A stretch of DNA of 64,000 nt from Neoconidiobolus thromboides FSU 785 (lineage: Eukaryota; Fungi; Entomophthoromycota): the NCBI GenBank assembly GCA_025603075.1, contig MU626372.1, forward strand, positions 2,982-66,981. The letters run 5' to 3'. Below the pieces are notes generated by a model. The model did not search any database. It was not told the origin of the DNA and was given only the letters and a program-made list of their open reading frames with translations. The position numbers were made by a program, and so were the translations under genes. Shown here piece by piece: positions 10,504-23,807 of this stretch (its first letter is position 1; each line of letters starts with the position of its first letter).

Positions 10504-12509
10504 GATGTATCTCTTATTTGGCTAATAATATGAAAAAAATTGGCATTTAATCTAAAAAAGGCAAAATAAATTAGTAAAAGGTAAAAAGAAAATACAAAAA
10601 TCTTTGCTTATAAGACTCTATAAGTTTAGAGTATAGCTAGAGTTTAACTATTAAACTCTATTATAAAAAACACGAAGCCACCCAAAGTAGTGATGAAAAT
10701 AAAGCAATGGGATAATTTTAATGCTCATTGATTATCTAAATTAGGTCTATGATAATAGCAACAATGTCAAAAGCACTATAATTCACAATGTGATATCACA
10801 TATAAGATAGCAGTAAATTTATGATGATGATAGAAATAAAATATTTGCCACTATCTTGTATCAATGGAAGATCCTAAAATTAGCTCATTTTAAAGGTATT
10901 AAATTCTTTTATAAACAAATAATATAACAAAATAATTTACTAAAGATAATTTCTAAATTGAAAAGCTCTTAACTGAAAATAGAAGGGCGAAATAAATAAG
11001 TAAATGAAAGCCACATTTAAACATGTAATAGAAACTTAATAATACAATATAATAAAGAACAGGTTTTATGCAGGAATGATCTTTTATAAAAATTTTATAC
11101 CATTTATTAACAACAGAAATTACGGTTTATACAAAAATAAAGTCAGTTAGTATCTAATTTGGCTAAGAAAGATTTATGAGATTACTACATAAACATAAAG
11201 CTTTGAAAAATGAGCTAGTTAAAAATATATATGATTATTTAATGTATAAACTCACAATTATGAATAATATTAAAATTACATATACATCATTTCACAAATA
11301 TATCATTATAAATAATCAATTTTTATTCTTTACTATAGATTTATCTGGTGGTTTATCAACACCTATTAGTAATTTTAAAGGGATAATTAGTTATTAAAAA
11401 TTTTAATGTAAGTTATGTGAACAGATTTTTAATAATAAACCAAAACCTCATTTAGGCTGCTTATTAGCTACTTATAATTTAAACAAATGCGTTGGAATTA
11501 TTGAAAACTCTAATTTAATTAATAACAAGATCCGAGCTGAAAAAACTTATTACTTATTTTAATGACTTTCAAGTAAATTTGTTGTAGTTGTTTTTTTAAC
11601 TTTTATGTTAAATCTTGCTCTTCTTTACAACTATTTTGTGAAAGTCGCATAAACAAATGCATTTATTTTCCTTTTCTCAGTATAATCTCATTTAATGCTT
11701 ATGTAATATTTATTATGATCTGTTAATACTATTCAAGTTATCATGGATAAGCTTCAAAAGCTTGTCATAAACTAGCCTCATTTTTGGAACCAAAGTTCAT
11801 ATTTTATTTTTTAAGATTAGGCTAAATTCAGTTTTTAATTAATAAAATATTTAGTTTAGTGACATCTTCATAAAACGTGTTGAAAGGGAGGTCGTTTAGA
11901 GTAGCTTGGTTGCCAACTTGTAGAATTATATTTCAAATGCTTCAAGGTAAAGAACAAAAAAGTGGAATATAAAAATTTATAAGATATAGAGGCTAGTTTA
12001 AATATAGATAGATCCAATAGCAGAAAGCATTTCAAGGTTAGCATATGAAAATGAAGTTTGTGAACTTCTAAAAAACAACTCAGTTGGGTTTATAACCAGT
12101 CTTCACAAATATTAATATCCTGTTTTAAATTGCAAGGTTCTCTAAAAAAGGCGAAAAATGTGTAATAAAAAGGATCATTGACAACACAAGATAGTTGATT
12201 TTTAATTCTATTCATGTTATTTAAGTTGGCTATTGCAAAATAAGCTATTAGCATTTAAAGAAAAAAGCTGAACCGTTGTAATAATTTAGCCGATCATTGC
12301 TATTGCCTAAATAAGCTTTAAAGCAAAGATAATACTCTTTGAATTGGTATTTCAAGCACCAATTCCATTTAACTATGATAACGTAAACAAAAATTAAATG
12401 AACAACCAAATAAAGTAATGTAAATTAAAAGCTATGCAACATACAAATCCTCACTTACGATGAACTATAAATATATCTATTGTGACATGTAACAATTAAA
12501 AAAATCAAA

Positions 12510-14077
12510 ATGTTTTATCTCTTATCCTTATCATTGTTAACATTATTCTACAGCTTTTTTAATGCCTGCTATTTACCAAGACGTTATAGACACCTAAAAA
12601 AAATATCAATCTTGGAGCTTTTAAATTATATATTAAAAAAGAAATCTCTTTCTGAAACTTTCAATGAGTTATATCAACCAATTTTAAATAAACAAGGGTA
12701 TAGCGTCATTTGGCAACCAAGGGTATGGAACTTAATAGTAACAGATTATAAAATAATCAAAGAGGTTATGCTAAACACTGAAACTTTTTACAAAAGCCCA
12801 GAAAAACGAGTAAATTATGGAGATCTATATTTTAAATTTTTTGGCGGATTTAATGTTGTGTTTTCGGATGAACAAGAGTGGAAACTTCATCGTAAATCAG
12901 TCAATCCTGCATTTAAAAAATCTTGGGATATAAATGTATTTGCCAAAAGTGGCTATGAACTTATTGATAAAATAGAATCTAGAAATCAAGAGCCAACAAT
13001 TATGCAAAACATGTTCCAACAGTTAGCTTTAGATATATTAGGTCGAAGTTTATTTAGTTATGAGTTCCATGCCTTGAAAAATGGTGATAAAAATGAGAAT
13101 TTGCTTAATTACAATCAAACCGTAAAAGGAGTTTTTAATCTTATTTACTTTATGTTCCCTATCCTTGACTTTTTTGCTTCAAAACTATTAACGTCACGCA
13201 AATTGGTACATCAGAATTGTGATGACTTTAAAAACTTTTTAAAAAAAATTATTAACAGCAAGAAAGAAGAAATTGAATCAGGTTTAGTAAAAGATGACAT
13301 TGTTACTTTGATGATTAAAGATTCTATAAAAAATGGTGAAGATAGCTTAACCAACGAAGAAATTTTGAATAACTTAACGATTTTTTTTGTTGCTGGCCAT
13401 GACACCACAGCAAATACTTTTACTTCCACTTTGTATTTCTTAGCCAAATATCAAGTAAGTAGATGAACTATTGATTTTATAGGTATTAACACTTAATTAT
13501 TAGGATATTCAAGAAAAAGCTAGAAAACAAATTTTAGAAGTTCTAGGCAATTCAAATGAAATCAAAGTACCAACTAATTCCCAACAAAAAGAATTAGATT
13601 ATCTTAATTGTGTTATTAAAGAAAGCATGCGTATAGCTACAACTTCTGTTCCACTTAAAAGATATGCTAATAAAAATGCAACCTTGAGTGATGGGACTGA
13701 GATTAAAAGGGGAGATATGATCAGTTTAGTATTATACCTTCATCATAGAAATCCAGAATATTTTCCGGAGCCTGAAATATTTAACCCTGATAGATTCAAA
13801 GATCCCCACAGTATACAATCAACTATGTGGATGCCCTTTGGCATTGGTTCGAGAATATGTAAGCTCTGAAACTTTTAATGAATTCATGATTAATTAAATT
13901 TTAGGTGTGGGATTAAACTTTTCTTTGATTGAGCAAAGAGTTATACTCTTGATGCTATTACAAAAATATTTCATTCACCTTGGCCCTAGCTCTAAGCAAT
14001 GGAAAACCCCTAAATATAATTCTACTGGCTTTATGTATATTGACAATGCTGATATTGTATTTATCCCAAGGATTTAA
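12510..14077 (+). CDS. Cytochrome P450, 3 exons (12510-13454, 13504-13858, 13905-14077)
   Basis: N-terminal membrane anchor, I-helix FFVAGHDTT, K-helix KESMR, PDRF, heme loop PFGIGSRICVG across intron 2; GT-AG introns. Confidence 0.95.
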
Positions 14078-14929
14078 CTATTCACTTTATTTAGTTTGGA
14101 GCAAATAGTTAATATGCAATTTTAGAAAAATCGGCCTAAAATTTCTATCTTTATTGTTTATTAATCATTCAATCTAAAAAAAACTCTTCAGAGGATCATT
14201 GCTAACCAAAGATTATAGCATCATTATCAAAGTTTAAATATTAAAACATTGAAACATTAAAACAGAATGAGTTATAAGCAATATCAGTAAAGCTGAGTCC
14301 TTATTTTATTTTTGGTTGACTATACTATTAGTTTGGGGTTATCATTCAAAGCTCGAACTTACTCATATTTTAATACACTTCCAATGTCTAAGAATTATGA
14401 TAAAATAACAACTCTTAGGCACTAAGCCATGTTTTTGAGTCATATCCCTTTATGACCCGTATTTTCTTTTCTTTTATACTTACTTATTAGTTTATATTGA
14501 ATTTTATTAAAAGCAGACTTTATTTTCATACAGATAAAATGAGGTTTAACTTAAGCTAAGTATTTCCCAAAAATAGATAAATTAAGTTGTGATGTTAAAA
14601 TTAAACATGACAACTTTTTTTTATAATGTTTTTCGTAAAACCTTTATTATAACCTGTTTATAAATATAATTGTAACTATAGCTGTTATTTCAATATGCCC
14701 AAATATAGCTATTGTTATATTTAAGATATATCAAAAAATATTTATAAGAATAAAACTAAGACCTTGTTAATATCTTACAGCATTAATATTATAATAACTA
14801 GTAGATAATGGAAATAAAAACAGGACAATGTTTGATATTGCTAAGGATAATGAATGTTATCATAAATATGCTAAGTATAGATATGATTTAATAAATACTC
14901 ACTAATATAATTTTTTAAACTCAATTTAA

Positions 14930-15580
14930 AAAGTTATATTAAGAAAACCCTTAATTTTTTTGATCTATTTCACATGCTGAGTTTAGTACTCAGTATTTGT
15001 TTTCATATTTACAAAACAAAAGTCTTCTTATCGTTATTATGGTGTTAGGTATTTTAACAATCATAATTGCTTAAAGAATTACATCATGGTAACAGTGAAA
15101 GATATATAAGTACATATTGTTAGCTTAAAAGATTAATTTTTAGTAAAACTTAATCTTAAAAAACAACCAAAATGATCTGGAGAAAAAAATCATATAGATT
15201 CAACAAAGGGAGCTCAAAGTTTTTATCGTCTTGGGATCTAAAGGATTTAAGCTATGAGATAAAGGGATTTGAGCACCGAAAGAAAGATAGTTTACTTTAT
15301 TTCGATAGTATGCTGATAAAAGGCTTCAAAGATTCTAATAATAATTTTGAATATACTCTAAAGCTTAGTTTAACTCCTTTTATTGCCAAATAATCATTTC
15401 TTAGTCAATGTGATTTTGATATAATTTAGCGTTTATCTTACTGATTTAATGATATCCTTAAGTGTCCTGATGATAGTTCTATTTCTATTTCTATTTATTT
15501 TTTACTCTCAATCTAGCTATATTGTTATTATTATTTTAAATAAACTATATTTATAACTAATTGAAATTTGACTATTATTT
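14930..15580. repeat. Inverted duplication arm B (partner 8278-8950)
   Basis: Direct alignment with the reverse complement of arm A. Confidence 0.9.
15172..15393 (+). CDS. 73-aa orphan, YTLxLSLTP-motif family
   Basis: Paralog of 8463-8684 with the same length and frame preserved. Confidence 0.6.
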   Translation: MIWRKKSYRFNKGSSKFLSSWDLKDLSYEIKGFEHRKKDSLLYFDSMLIKGFKDSNNNFEYTLKLSLTPFIAK

Positions 15581-16574
15581 TTAAAAATGCTATAAATTGC
15601 GATTTCGATCTTATTGTCTGATATCTAACATTGAACAAAACCTTGGTACTAAAATCAAGAATGTCCTAGATTAAGGTTGCTAAAAACATGGTAATTAAAA
15701 ACAAAACAATGCCGTGTATGAAACAAGTAAAAAGGAATGAATACTAATTATTTAAACTAAATCTGCTAAAAGATTTGCTATTAAATTATATCTTGGTTTT
15801 TTCCCCATAGTTAAATTTTTATGCTTTATAAAATCACTAGAAATTTACTTCTCCAAAAAATCTATGCAATTAAAGATTTTAAAAACTGATAACTGTTTAA
15901 ATTGTTTAAAGTGTGTAATTTTCGTATATAAAATATTTGATTTTATTTCTTATTTTATTTTTCTTATATTACTATAAGAATATTAAAATATATTTATGAA
16001 ATACAAAAGCCATTAGCTAAACTATATATAATTTTAAGTGGTTTTAACCTTATAACCTGTTTTAAAACTAAACCTTAGTCTAATAAGTTCTTCTAATATA
16101 ATACTAATTCTGCTATTGTTTTTTAGAACATATATGATTGAGAGTTAGATGTTACCTGTTTCCCCGCATAGCTTATATTTAAAAGTTTGGAGAAATAATG
16201 TTATTTTAACTCCAAAATTTAAGATGCCAACTTTTTTGGGTTGCTTTTTGTTAGTTTTATTTTTACGCTTTTACAATTTTAAATGGCCCATAAAGATCCG
16301 CATTTTAGTTTTACTAATAAATCGAGGAACTTTCACGGTTTTGTTTTAGGGCTATATCCTTAGGCGTTTTAGTTAAATAGCAGTTTTTATGATAACTAAA
16401 TAAAAACAATATAATATACAGTTCAAATATTATTTAACATAACAAAACAGATGTTTTTTACAATTTTTGATTAGCATTGACTATATTTGTAAAACCATGG
16501 TAATGTTATTTTTATTTTATCATTTGTAATGCTATTCCTTTTAATAAGATTCAGAATAAATTTATGGAAATTTA

Positions 16575-16973
16575 ATGGGTGTAGTAAATTTTAGTATAAA
16601 AAGAGAGATTAATTATTTACAAACTAAAATAAAGATGCTAAATAAACAAAATAACAGACAATATTTTAGCTCCACTATACCTTTCAATCAAAATTTAATA
16701 AACTATTTAGATGATAAGAATAGTAAAAAAAATTTACTGCGCTTATTAAAGTTTAAATTAAATATTAGGAATGGTAGTTATACTAAAGAAACAAATACAA
16801 ATACAAAGGCTACGACTGCAAGGCCATTGAATAAATTAAGTAAAGAATATCAAATTGGCTTCGAACAGCGCTGTGAAATGGATGAAATTGAATTTGAAAA
16901 CATAATAAATAATGGATATGGCAATACGATTTATACACTAAACTTAACTCTATCTCCTTACTTGATTAGATAA
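16575..16973 (+). CDS. Orphan, YTLxL[ST]L[ST]P-motif family (true start may be MLNKQ at ~16635)
   Basis: Ends GFEQR...FENIINNGYG...YTLNLTLSPYLIR, matching the family motif. Confidence 0.65.
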   Translation: MGVVNFSIKREINYLQTKIKMLNKQNNRQYFSSTIPFNQNLINYLDDKNSKKNLLRLLKFKLNIRNGSYTKETNTNTKATTARPLNKLSKEYQIGFEQRCEMDEIEFENIINNGYGNTIYTLNLTLSPYLIR

Positions 16974-17074
16974 TCAAACTTTGCTTTTGTAAATAAATAT
17001 TTTTAGATATCATTTTTTATTTGTTTCTTTTTTATTATAATAAACTGTTTTATATCTCTTGTAAACTTTGATAT

Positions 17075-17170
17075 ATAGGGTGTTTTTTTGATTTCAGCAC
17101 CTTTTCCCTTCTAAATGCTGCTGAGCAGAAAAAATGTTAGTAAATTTCCTAAACAGAGAGACATTTTTAT
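17075..17170 (-). mobile_element. MITE family 1 copy, degenerate
   Basis: AGGGTGTTTTTTTGATTTCAGCACCTTTTCC...AAAAATGTTAGTAAATTTCCTAAAC. Confidence 0.6.
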
Positions 17171-17451
17171 GTCCAACTTGCCATTTTTTAAATCATTAAT
17201 TAGTTTATTTAAATTTAAACCTATTATTTGGACACACTTATTGCTATGACAATATTGATAGCGCCTTTTTACGTCTCAATTACTTACTTACATATAGTTT
17301 AAAACTCAAAAAAACATCGCTAAATGTTTAACAAAAGTTAGCTCAGATACATTATTTTTCTAATTTTTCCATATATTTTAAATTAATTTTTAGTCTCAAG
17401 ATATTTTTTACAATACTTGTATATTAGGTAAAGTAAATTGCTAACACTATG

Positions 17452-17552
17452 TGGGGGTGTTTTTTTTTATTTCATTACTTTTCCATTTTTTTAGGCCCTA
17501 TTTGAGTGAAAAGATCGTTAGTAAAATTCTCAAACAAAAAAATACATCCTCG
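17452..17552 (-). mobile_element. MITE family 1 copy
   Basis: TGGGGGTG...CATCCTCG, full internal consensus. Confidence 0.85.
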
Positions 17553-18948
17553 TATTAACAATAGCTGTTTAACAATATGGCTTAAAATGAAGTTGTAAAA
17601 TTGAAGTTTTATTTTAATCCTCACTCAACTTCGAGATATCCCTTAGTAAGACTATAAATATAAGGTATGATTATAAATGACTAACTATGCAATTTACTTT
17701 AACCTGGGGTATTTAAAGCAAACTAGAACACTAGGTCGTAAAAACTCGATATATATAACAAAAGTATGATCAACAACAACAAATAGCTTAAATTAAATAT
17801 TCAGTTAAAAAAAGGGGTGTAGTAAGAATTAACTTGACAAATTGGTTGTTATTTTTATTTTTTATCATGCACACAAAGTTTTTTTTTACAAACATCTTAT
17901 CTTCTGTAGCTTAATTTTCGTTAATTTCGTAGTAATTATTTTATTATTTCAGTCCAAATAAGCAGTGATTTGTTATAATTTAACTATGCTGTTATTTAAA
18001 AAGTTGTAATGTTCTGTTTAAAAAAATTCAAATTAAGCAACTAAACCTAAAAATCTCAATATAAAATATAATTCAACCTCAAAATTCAAATAAATTAAGC
18101 ACAACCTTTAATATAACATCAATATACTATCAAATATTAAATACTAAAATCGGTACTTCAATTCTCTTTAGGTCCCGCTTCTTTTTAAAAACATGTCATT
18201 ATTATTAAATGTAAATTCATTATATGATTTTATATTTATTATCCCTACCTAAAACTTTATTCTAAGACCTTCACCATTAATTATGAATTGTAAGTGCTTT
18301 TCCGTTATCGTTGGCTTTTTTTATTAAAAATAAATTGATTTATCCTTGTAGTAGTTTTTAATGACAGTATAGTATAAAATGTTGATTAAATTTTGGCATG
18401 TTGATCACTATCTTGAAATTATATAGAAATTCTAAGACTATTTTATATAAAGCCACTTTAGTATAGCTTAAAGTGAAGCTAGTAAGTTACAATAATGTTA
18501 AAACTATGCTCTTAAAATACCATAATAAGTACAGATTAGGTGATAAAGACAGATAAAATTAACAATATTAACCAAATTTTAAACCTCAAAAGTTCAATTT
18601 TAAAAATAGGAGCTAATTTGAATTAGATAAGAACATTTTTACTTTTTAATTAATAAAATTACAAATACGTATAAGCCATATTAGATAAACTAAACAGGTT
18701 GACTAAAATTGTATATAAAATTTTACCATTGATTTAATTTTAAGTAACAAGGCTTATATAGCTAGTTTTAACAACCCAAGGGATTACCACTTTCTTTGTA
18801 ATTACATTTAATTTGTGATATTCAAGGTAAATCGAAGCTGGAACAAAAAGGAACATTGAGTATAAAATAGTCTATAAATAAAACTTTATTCTAATTTTTA
18901 AACTATATATTCCTTTATAAAGTAAGTTAAGTATCCTTTTTATTTATA

Positions 18949-20316
18949 ATGTCATTTTATTTATTTATTATAAACTTTTTACTTCACATGATTAATGCAG
19001 TAGTACCGAGAGTAACAGGTGGCGGATGTATAGTAGTGAAAGATGAGTTATATTATTTGGGAGGATTTGTCTCAATACCAAATATAGATGTATCCGAAAT
19101 CAATAAAAATTTATGCAAATTAGATTTGAAAAAAGGATTTAAAGTGATTAGTAATACAGTAGAGTGGGAATCGTATAGTTCAATTAATCCACCTGTAACT
19201 GCACATGGCCCGTATGTATTTTATTTATAAGATAATACATACATTACTTTTCAAAGTACCTTTGCGACGGTCCCATGATTTGATTACTTTAACATTAAAA
19301 GCAAAGAATGGTATAAGGAATATATAATTAAAGAGTTATATAAACCAAACGATAAGTCAAATGCTTCGATAGATATAGGCATTGATGGATATACTCCCTA
19401 TTTTTATATTCTACAAGATGAATTTAACCTAAACAAGCTTTATATTTCTGGCTATTTAAGCAAAGAGCTACCATCAATAAGGGTAAAGTTGTCTGATATT
19501 CAATCGAAGGAAATGATATCAATTTATAAAGTTAAGGAAGGATATTACGTGCTTCAGTTGTTTACCAAGGATGATAAGATTTACTTCTTAGAATATTCAA
19601 AGGATAATGCGAATAATACTGGTTTTATTGATATAATATACGAATTAAACTTAATGACCAATGAGGTAAAAAAGCATAACATTAAACTTAGAGATGGATT
19701 TTATAAACATGTATTAAAGAGTGAACAAGCAACTTACTTTGTTATATGTAATCATAAACCCGAACCGAATGTTTATCAAGTTCAATTTAAACCTTTGGGT
19801 TTCAGGAAGTCAGAGAAAACAAGTATTACAAATTCTAATAGGTCTTGCCTTGTTATTTATAACAAAATTGTTATAAATTCATTTGATTTTACCATTTTAG
19901 ATAATAAAGATTCAAACAAACTCCAAAGTATGAGTCAGATACAAGTATTAAATGCTACCAATTGGAAACTCCTTGAAGGTTTGCCTTCATCAATTGGCGA
20001 AAACAGCTATACTCTAAACAAGGATAACAGCGGACTATACATAGGAATAATTATGGGAGTGATAAGACTGATCATGTCAACAAGTACTGCTATAGTATTT
20101 AAACTATATAAATATAAACTAAAGAAAGAAAAACCTCCAAGTCTTATTATTCAACCTATTGCTATTGAACCTACTGATATATCTGATACTAATACTACTT
20201 TTTATGACACTGGAATTTTTACTTATTGTCAAAAGATAGATAATGCTAACACTGTGTTACCTATAAATTATAAATTTAATTCCAAAGAGTATAAAAATAA
20301 AAGTGAAAATTTTTAA
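18949..20316 (+). pseudogene. Kelch-like single-pass membrane protein pseudogene (paralog of 48857-50221) with two in-frame stops
   Basis: One continuous frame from 18949 to 20316 aligns with the intact paralog; TAA at 19228-19230 and TGA at 19276-19278 replace Gly and Ser; no frameshift and no GT donor at the stops. Confidence 0.85.
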
Positions 20317-20489
20317 TGCCATTGAGTTTATTATTAAACTTATATATATACCTTATTTATTTTATATAATGATAATTTATAAAATCAAGATAATAAAAAT
20401 GCCTTTTCGATAATCCAATTATTGAAGGTTGACACTCTTATCATTCATTAAAATTAAACAAAATTTTAATAACGAAAATTTAGGTACTG

Positions 20490-21130
20490 TCCCTACCTGC
20501 TCGTCTTTACCCCCTGATCCCTTCATTGGCTTTTTATTGGTGAAGGATCTTAATCTTAAATCTTCCTATCCTATGACGTTTTACTTATTCTATTTTTGAT
20601 CCACTTCCTGCCACTGCTCATTTTAAACTAATTTCCCTCATCTGTCCTCAATTTTCAGTTATTGGCCTAGTTTCTCTTAATATGCTTACCTCGTATTCAT
20701 TCCCTTTTAGACTTTAAGCCTATGTTATTACTGATTTCAATGTTTTCTCTATGATTTTTCCTAATTATATTATCTTTATCTATGTCCTCTATTTTGTTTC
20801 TGAATTTTCTCCTTTTATTATATCATTTATCCTATATCCAGGATTTTGTACCATATACATAAGTTTTATGAAAATTCAATTTAATCTACCGTCTCCTTCT
20901 TCCAATCATTTAATCCCATCTATCTCCTTCACTCAATGAGAAACTTTGTGTGACTAGGATTGAGATGTATTCCTTTTTAACCCCCCCCCCCAATTCGAAA
21001 GACGCTTGAAGAGCTTGGACTCACTTCTTATTCTTCCACAATATATCTTGTATAGCGGTTCTGTCATCAGACTTTACTGCCTCTAATATTTATCCTCTTA
21101 TTTTAGTTAGTATAATACTTGGGATACAAG
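20490..21130 (-). mobile_element. Possible degenerate non-LTR retroelement fragment
   Basis: Strong purine skew on the minus strand, higher GC than the flanks, stop-riddled translation with QDILWKNKK-V...GG loosely like L1-clade ORF2. Weak. Confidence 0.25.
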
Positions 21131-22503
21131 TCTTTCAAGGGAAAAAAAAAGAGTACTATTCAAAGCAAAAATCAGAAAAACAAATAGTCTGTATATGCTT
21201 TAGCATTAAAAAGTTTACTAACATATTTAATTTCAACATTGAATCTCCAATCTTATAGTATATATATATGATATATACAAAGCTATCTTTAGTAACATAA
21301 GCCCTAAGTACTTGAATATTTTCTCTATTTTTAGAATGGAAAATCGCCTGACTTATCGACTTTAATAGTGCAAAAGTTAGGCTAACTAAGAACAAAAGAG
21401 GTTATAACTATCCCACTTAATCTCACATTCCTCTCTTACATAATCTGTTACTTTATCTAGTTGATAAAACACTTACAAGTTAGTGCTATTTCAGGGTTCT
21501 AAGAAAAATGTATAAATGATTTATTAAAAGTAATTAATATAATTTAAAAATATTGAAACACCAAAAAGAAAAGGAAAAGATAGAAGTAAAAAGCAAGTAT
21601 AGTTTTATTATATGATTATATAAATAATACAATTTTATATAGACTGTATGAAAAAAAGATACAAAGTTATTAAAAATGATACCAATACGCCTAACTGCCC
21701 AAAAAAGTCATACAGATTACCTTCTAAGCCAAAACTAAAACCAAGGCTTCCAATAGTAACAGTACTAATGGAATCCATTCTATCCGTTTATTTGTATATC
21801 CCCTCTTCTTTTGATTTAATATTACTGGAATAAAATCTAATAAGCTTATACCTAATATCCTTCGTTAATTACGGAGTATTATCAAAACAAATCGAAGGTT
21901 GGCAACAATAATAAAGCCCGCCCACTTTATTTATATTTAATAATTTTTTCTTATTATCTGGTGCCATAATAAGCAGCCTTGTAACAGGAATGAATAACAA
22001 TGAAATCTGACCCGTTTAATTATATTAATTTCTTGTAGCCATTATTTAAAGTCCAAAAACCTAACCCAGACCAATATTAATATTAATAATAGGGATCTAA
22101 GTTTGAAATCCTTTTCATCTCAATTAACGTTATTGATTTATATCTTATCTAGTAACAATAATAAGAAAAGCATAGACTTAAGTAAATTATTTTATTCCCC
22201 TTAACGTATAATATTACTAAAAAAAGCTGGTTTGATAACAATAACAAAAACCAAAACACATTTGTAATTAGAATTAACTCACTATCTGTTGCCATCAAAT
22301 TGAGTCAAGCTTGTATCAAAATATATTAAAACACAACCTATCTATTAACATCTAAAACCTTTTTTTTAATATCTAGTACTACTATAATAAAAACTAAATT
22401 AGCAATAATAATAAACTAAATTTGAATACACTGATCCTTTTTCCACTATTTTAATTACCAAAAAAACTATACATTATCAATAGAAACAAAAACACTCATT
22501 ATT

Positions 22504-22604
22504 TTGGGATGTTTTTTTTGGCCTCATTACTTTTTCTATCCTTTGAGTGCTATTTAAGCGGAAAAATTGATAGTAAAAGTCTTAAACACAAAAATACATC
22601 CCTA
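22504..22604 (-). mobile_element. MITE family 1 copy
   Basis: TTGGGATG...CATCCCTA with TT/TT flanks. Confidence 0.85.
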
Positions 22605-22867
22605 TTTATTAAGATTTGTCATCTAAACTAATTAATGTTATTAATGTAAAAGTTGGACTGAAAACAACTGTAAAGATTTTGAAGCGCTACTACAACTTAC
22701 TCCTCATTAATACTACTATAGTGACGAAATTTAAACTGAAAGCAGTAATGATCAATCCAGGCCTACCTATCTATAATTATTCTTCACCCATCCTCACTAA
22801 CTCCAAAGATATCATTTTGACTATTATCAAAAACAATAAAACCTGGCGAAAATATTCATACATTATA

Positions 22868-22964
22868 TGGGGATGTATTTTGTATTTAAGAATTTTACTA
22901 TCAGTTTTTCCACTTAAATAGCACTTAAAAGATCGAAAAAATAACAAAGCCAAAAACATCTCCA
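22868..22964 (+). mobile_element. MITE family 1 copy
   Basis: TGGGGATG...CATCTCCA with TA/TA flanks. Confidence 0.9.
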
Positions 22965-23807
22965 TATAATTGCTTAAAATTGAATAAAAAACAAAATCAA
23001 TTTGAACATCCTCATTTTAAGTATTGAAAATTCAAACAAGCTTTAGAGTGTAATTCAAATACAGATATTAAATGCTATTTTAGCTGACAGTTATTAAAAA
23101 GTTTATTTTTATTAATAAAAGCAGAAATATTTTAAATAAAAATAATAGCTAGTTACACAAAAACAACAATAAAAGTATTAAAAAGAATTATTTTAACAAG
23201 TACTATTATAGTGTTCAAAATGTATTAAGTGAATTTATTTTAAAAAATAAGTTGATTTTTAAAATATTTTTTATCTAAACATGTTTTTTAAGCAAAAACT
23301 TGATGATTTTTTTAATTGAGTTACTTAGAAAAATACCCATTTTATTTTAGATTTTTGAAATGAAATATGTTTTAATAAAATGTTGTAAACTGGGTACTTA
23401 AAATTAATTCTGGTGGGAAAAAGTTAATTTAAGTTCCCAAACTACAAATTTAATGATTAATTTGCTTAAATTTGATTAAAATTTTTGCAATAGCTGAAAA
23501 ATAGTTAAAACTAAAAGTAAAAGCTGAGCTAAAAAAACTAAATAAGCTAATTTTCGGGCTTAATTTTTTTAGATTACACAATAAAATTACTAAAAATTGT
23601 ACTAATAATTTGACTAGTATTTATTATGTTTGAGAGATGCTTCCAGTAGATTAGAAATTTAAATTTTAGTGCCTGAGGGGATACTTCCAGGAAGCAAAAG
23701 GTTAAGCGAGAATACAAGTGGAAATCAAATTTTTATGAGAAAGTTAAAATCAATTAAGTCATAATAATTTTATTTAAAATTAATTATATAATATAAATGG
23801 TATTCTT

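Noticed and set aside
8278-15580. Inverted arms as TIRs of a CYP-carrying transposon
   Set aside because: The arms contain an ordinary small gene, their inner parts are diverged, and no transposase or target duplication was found.
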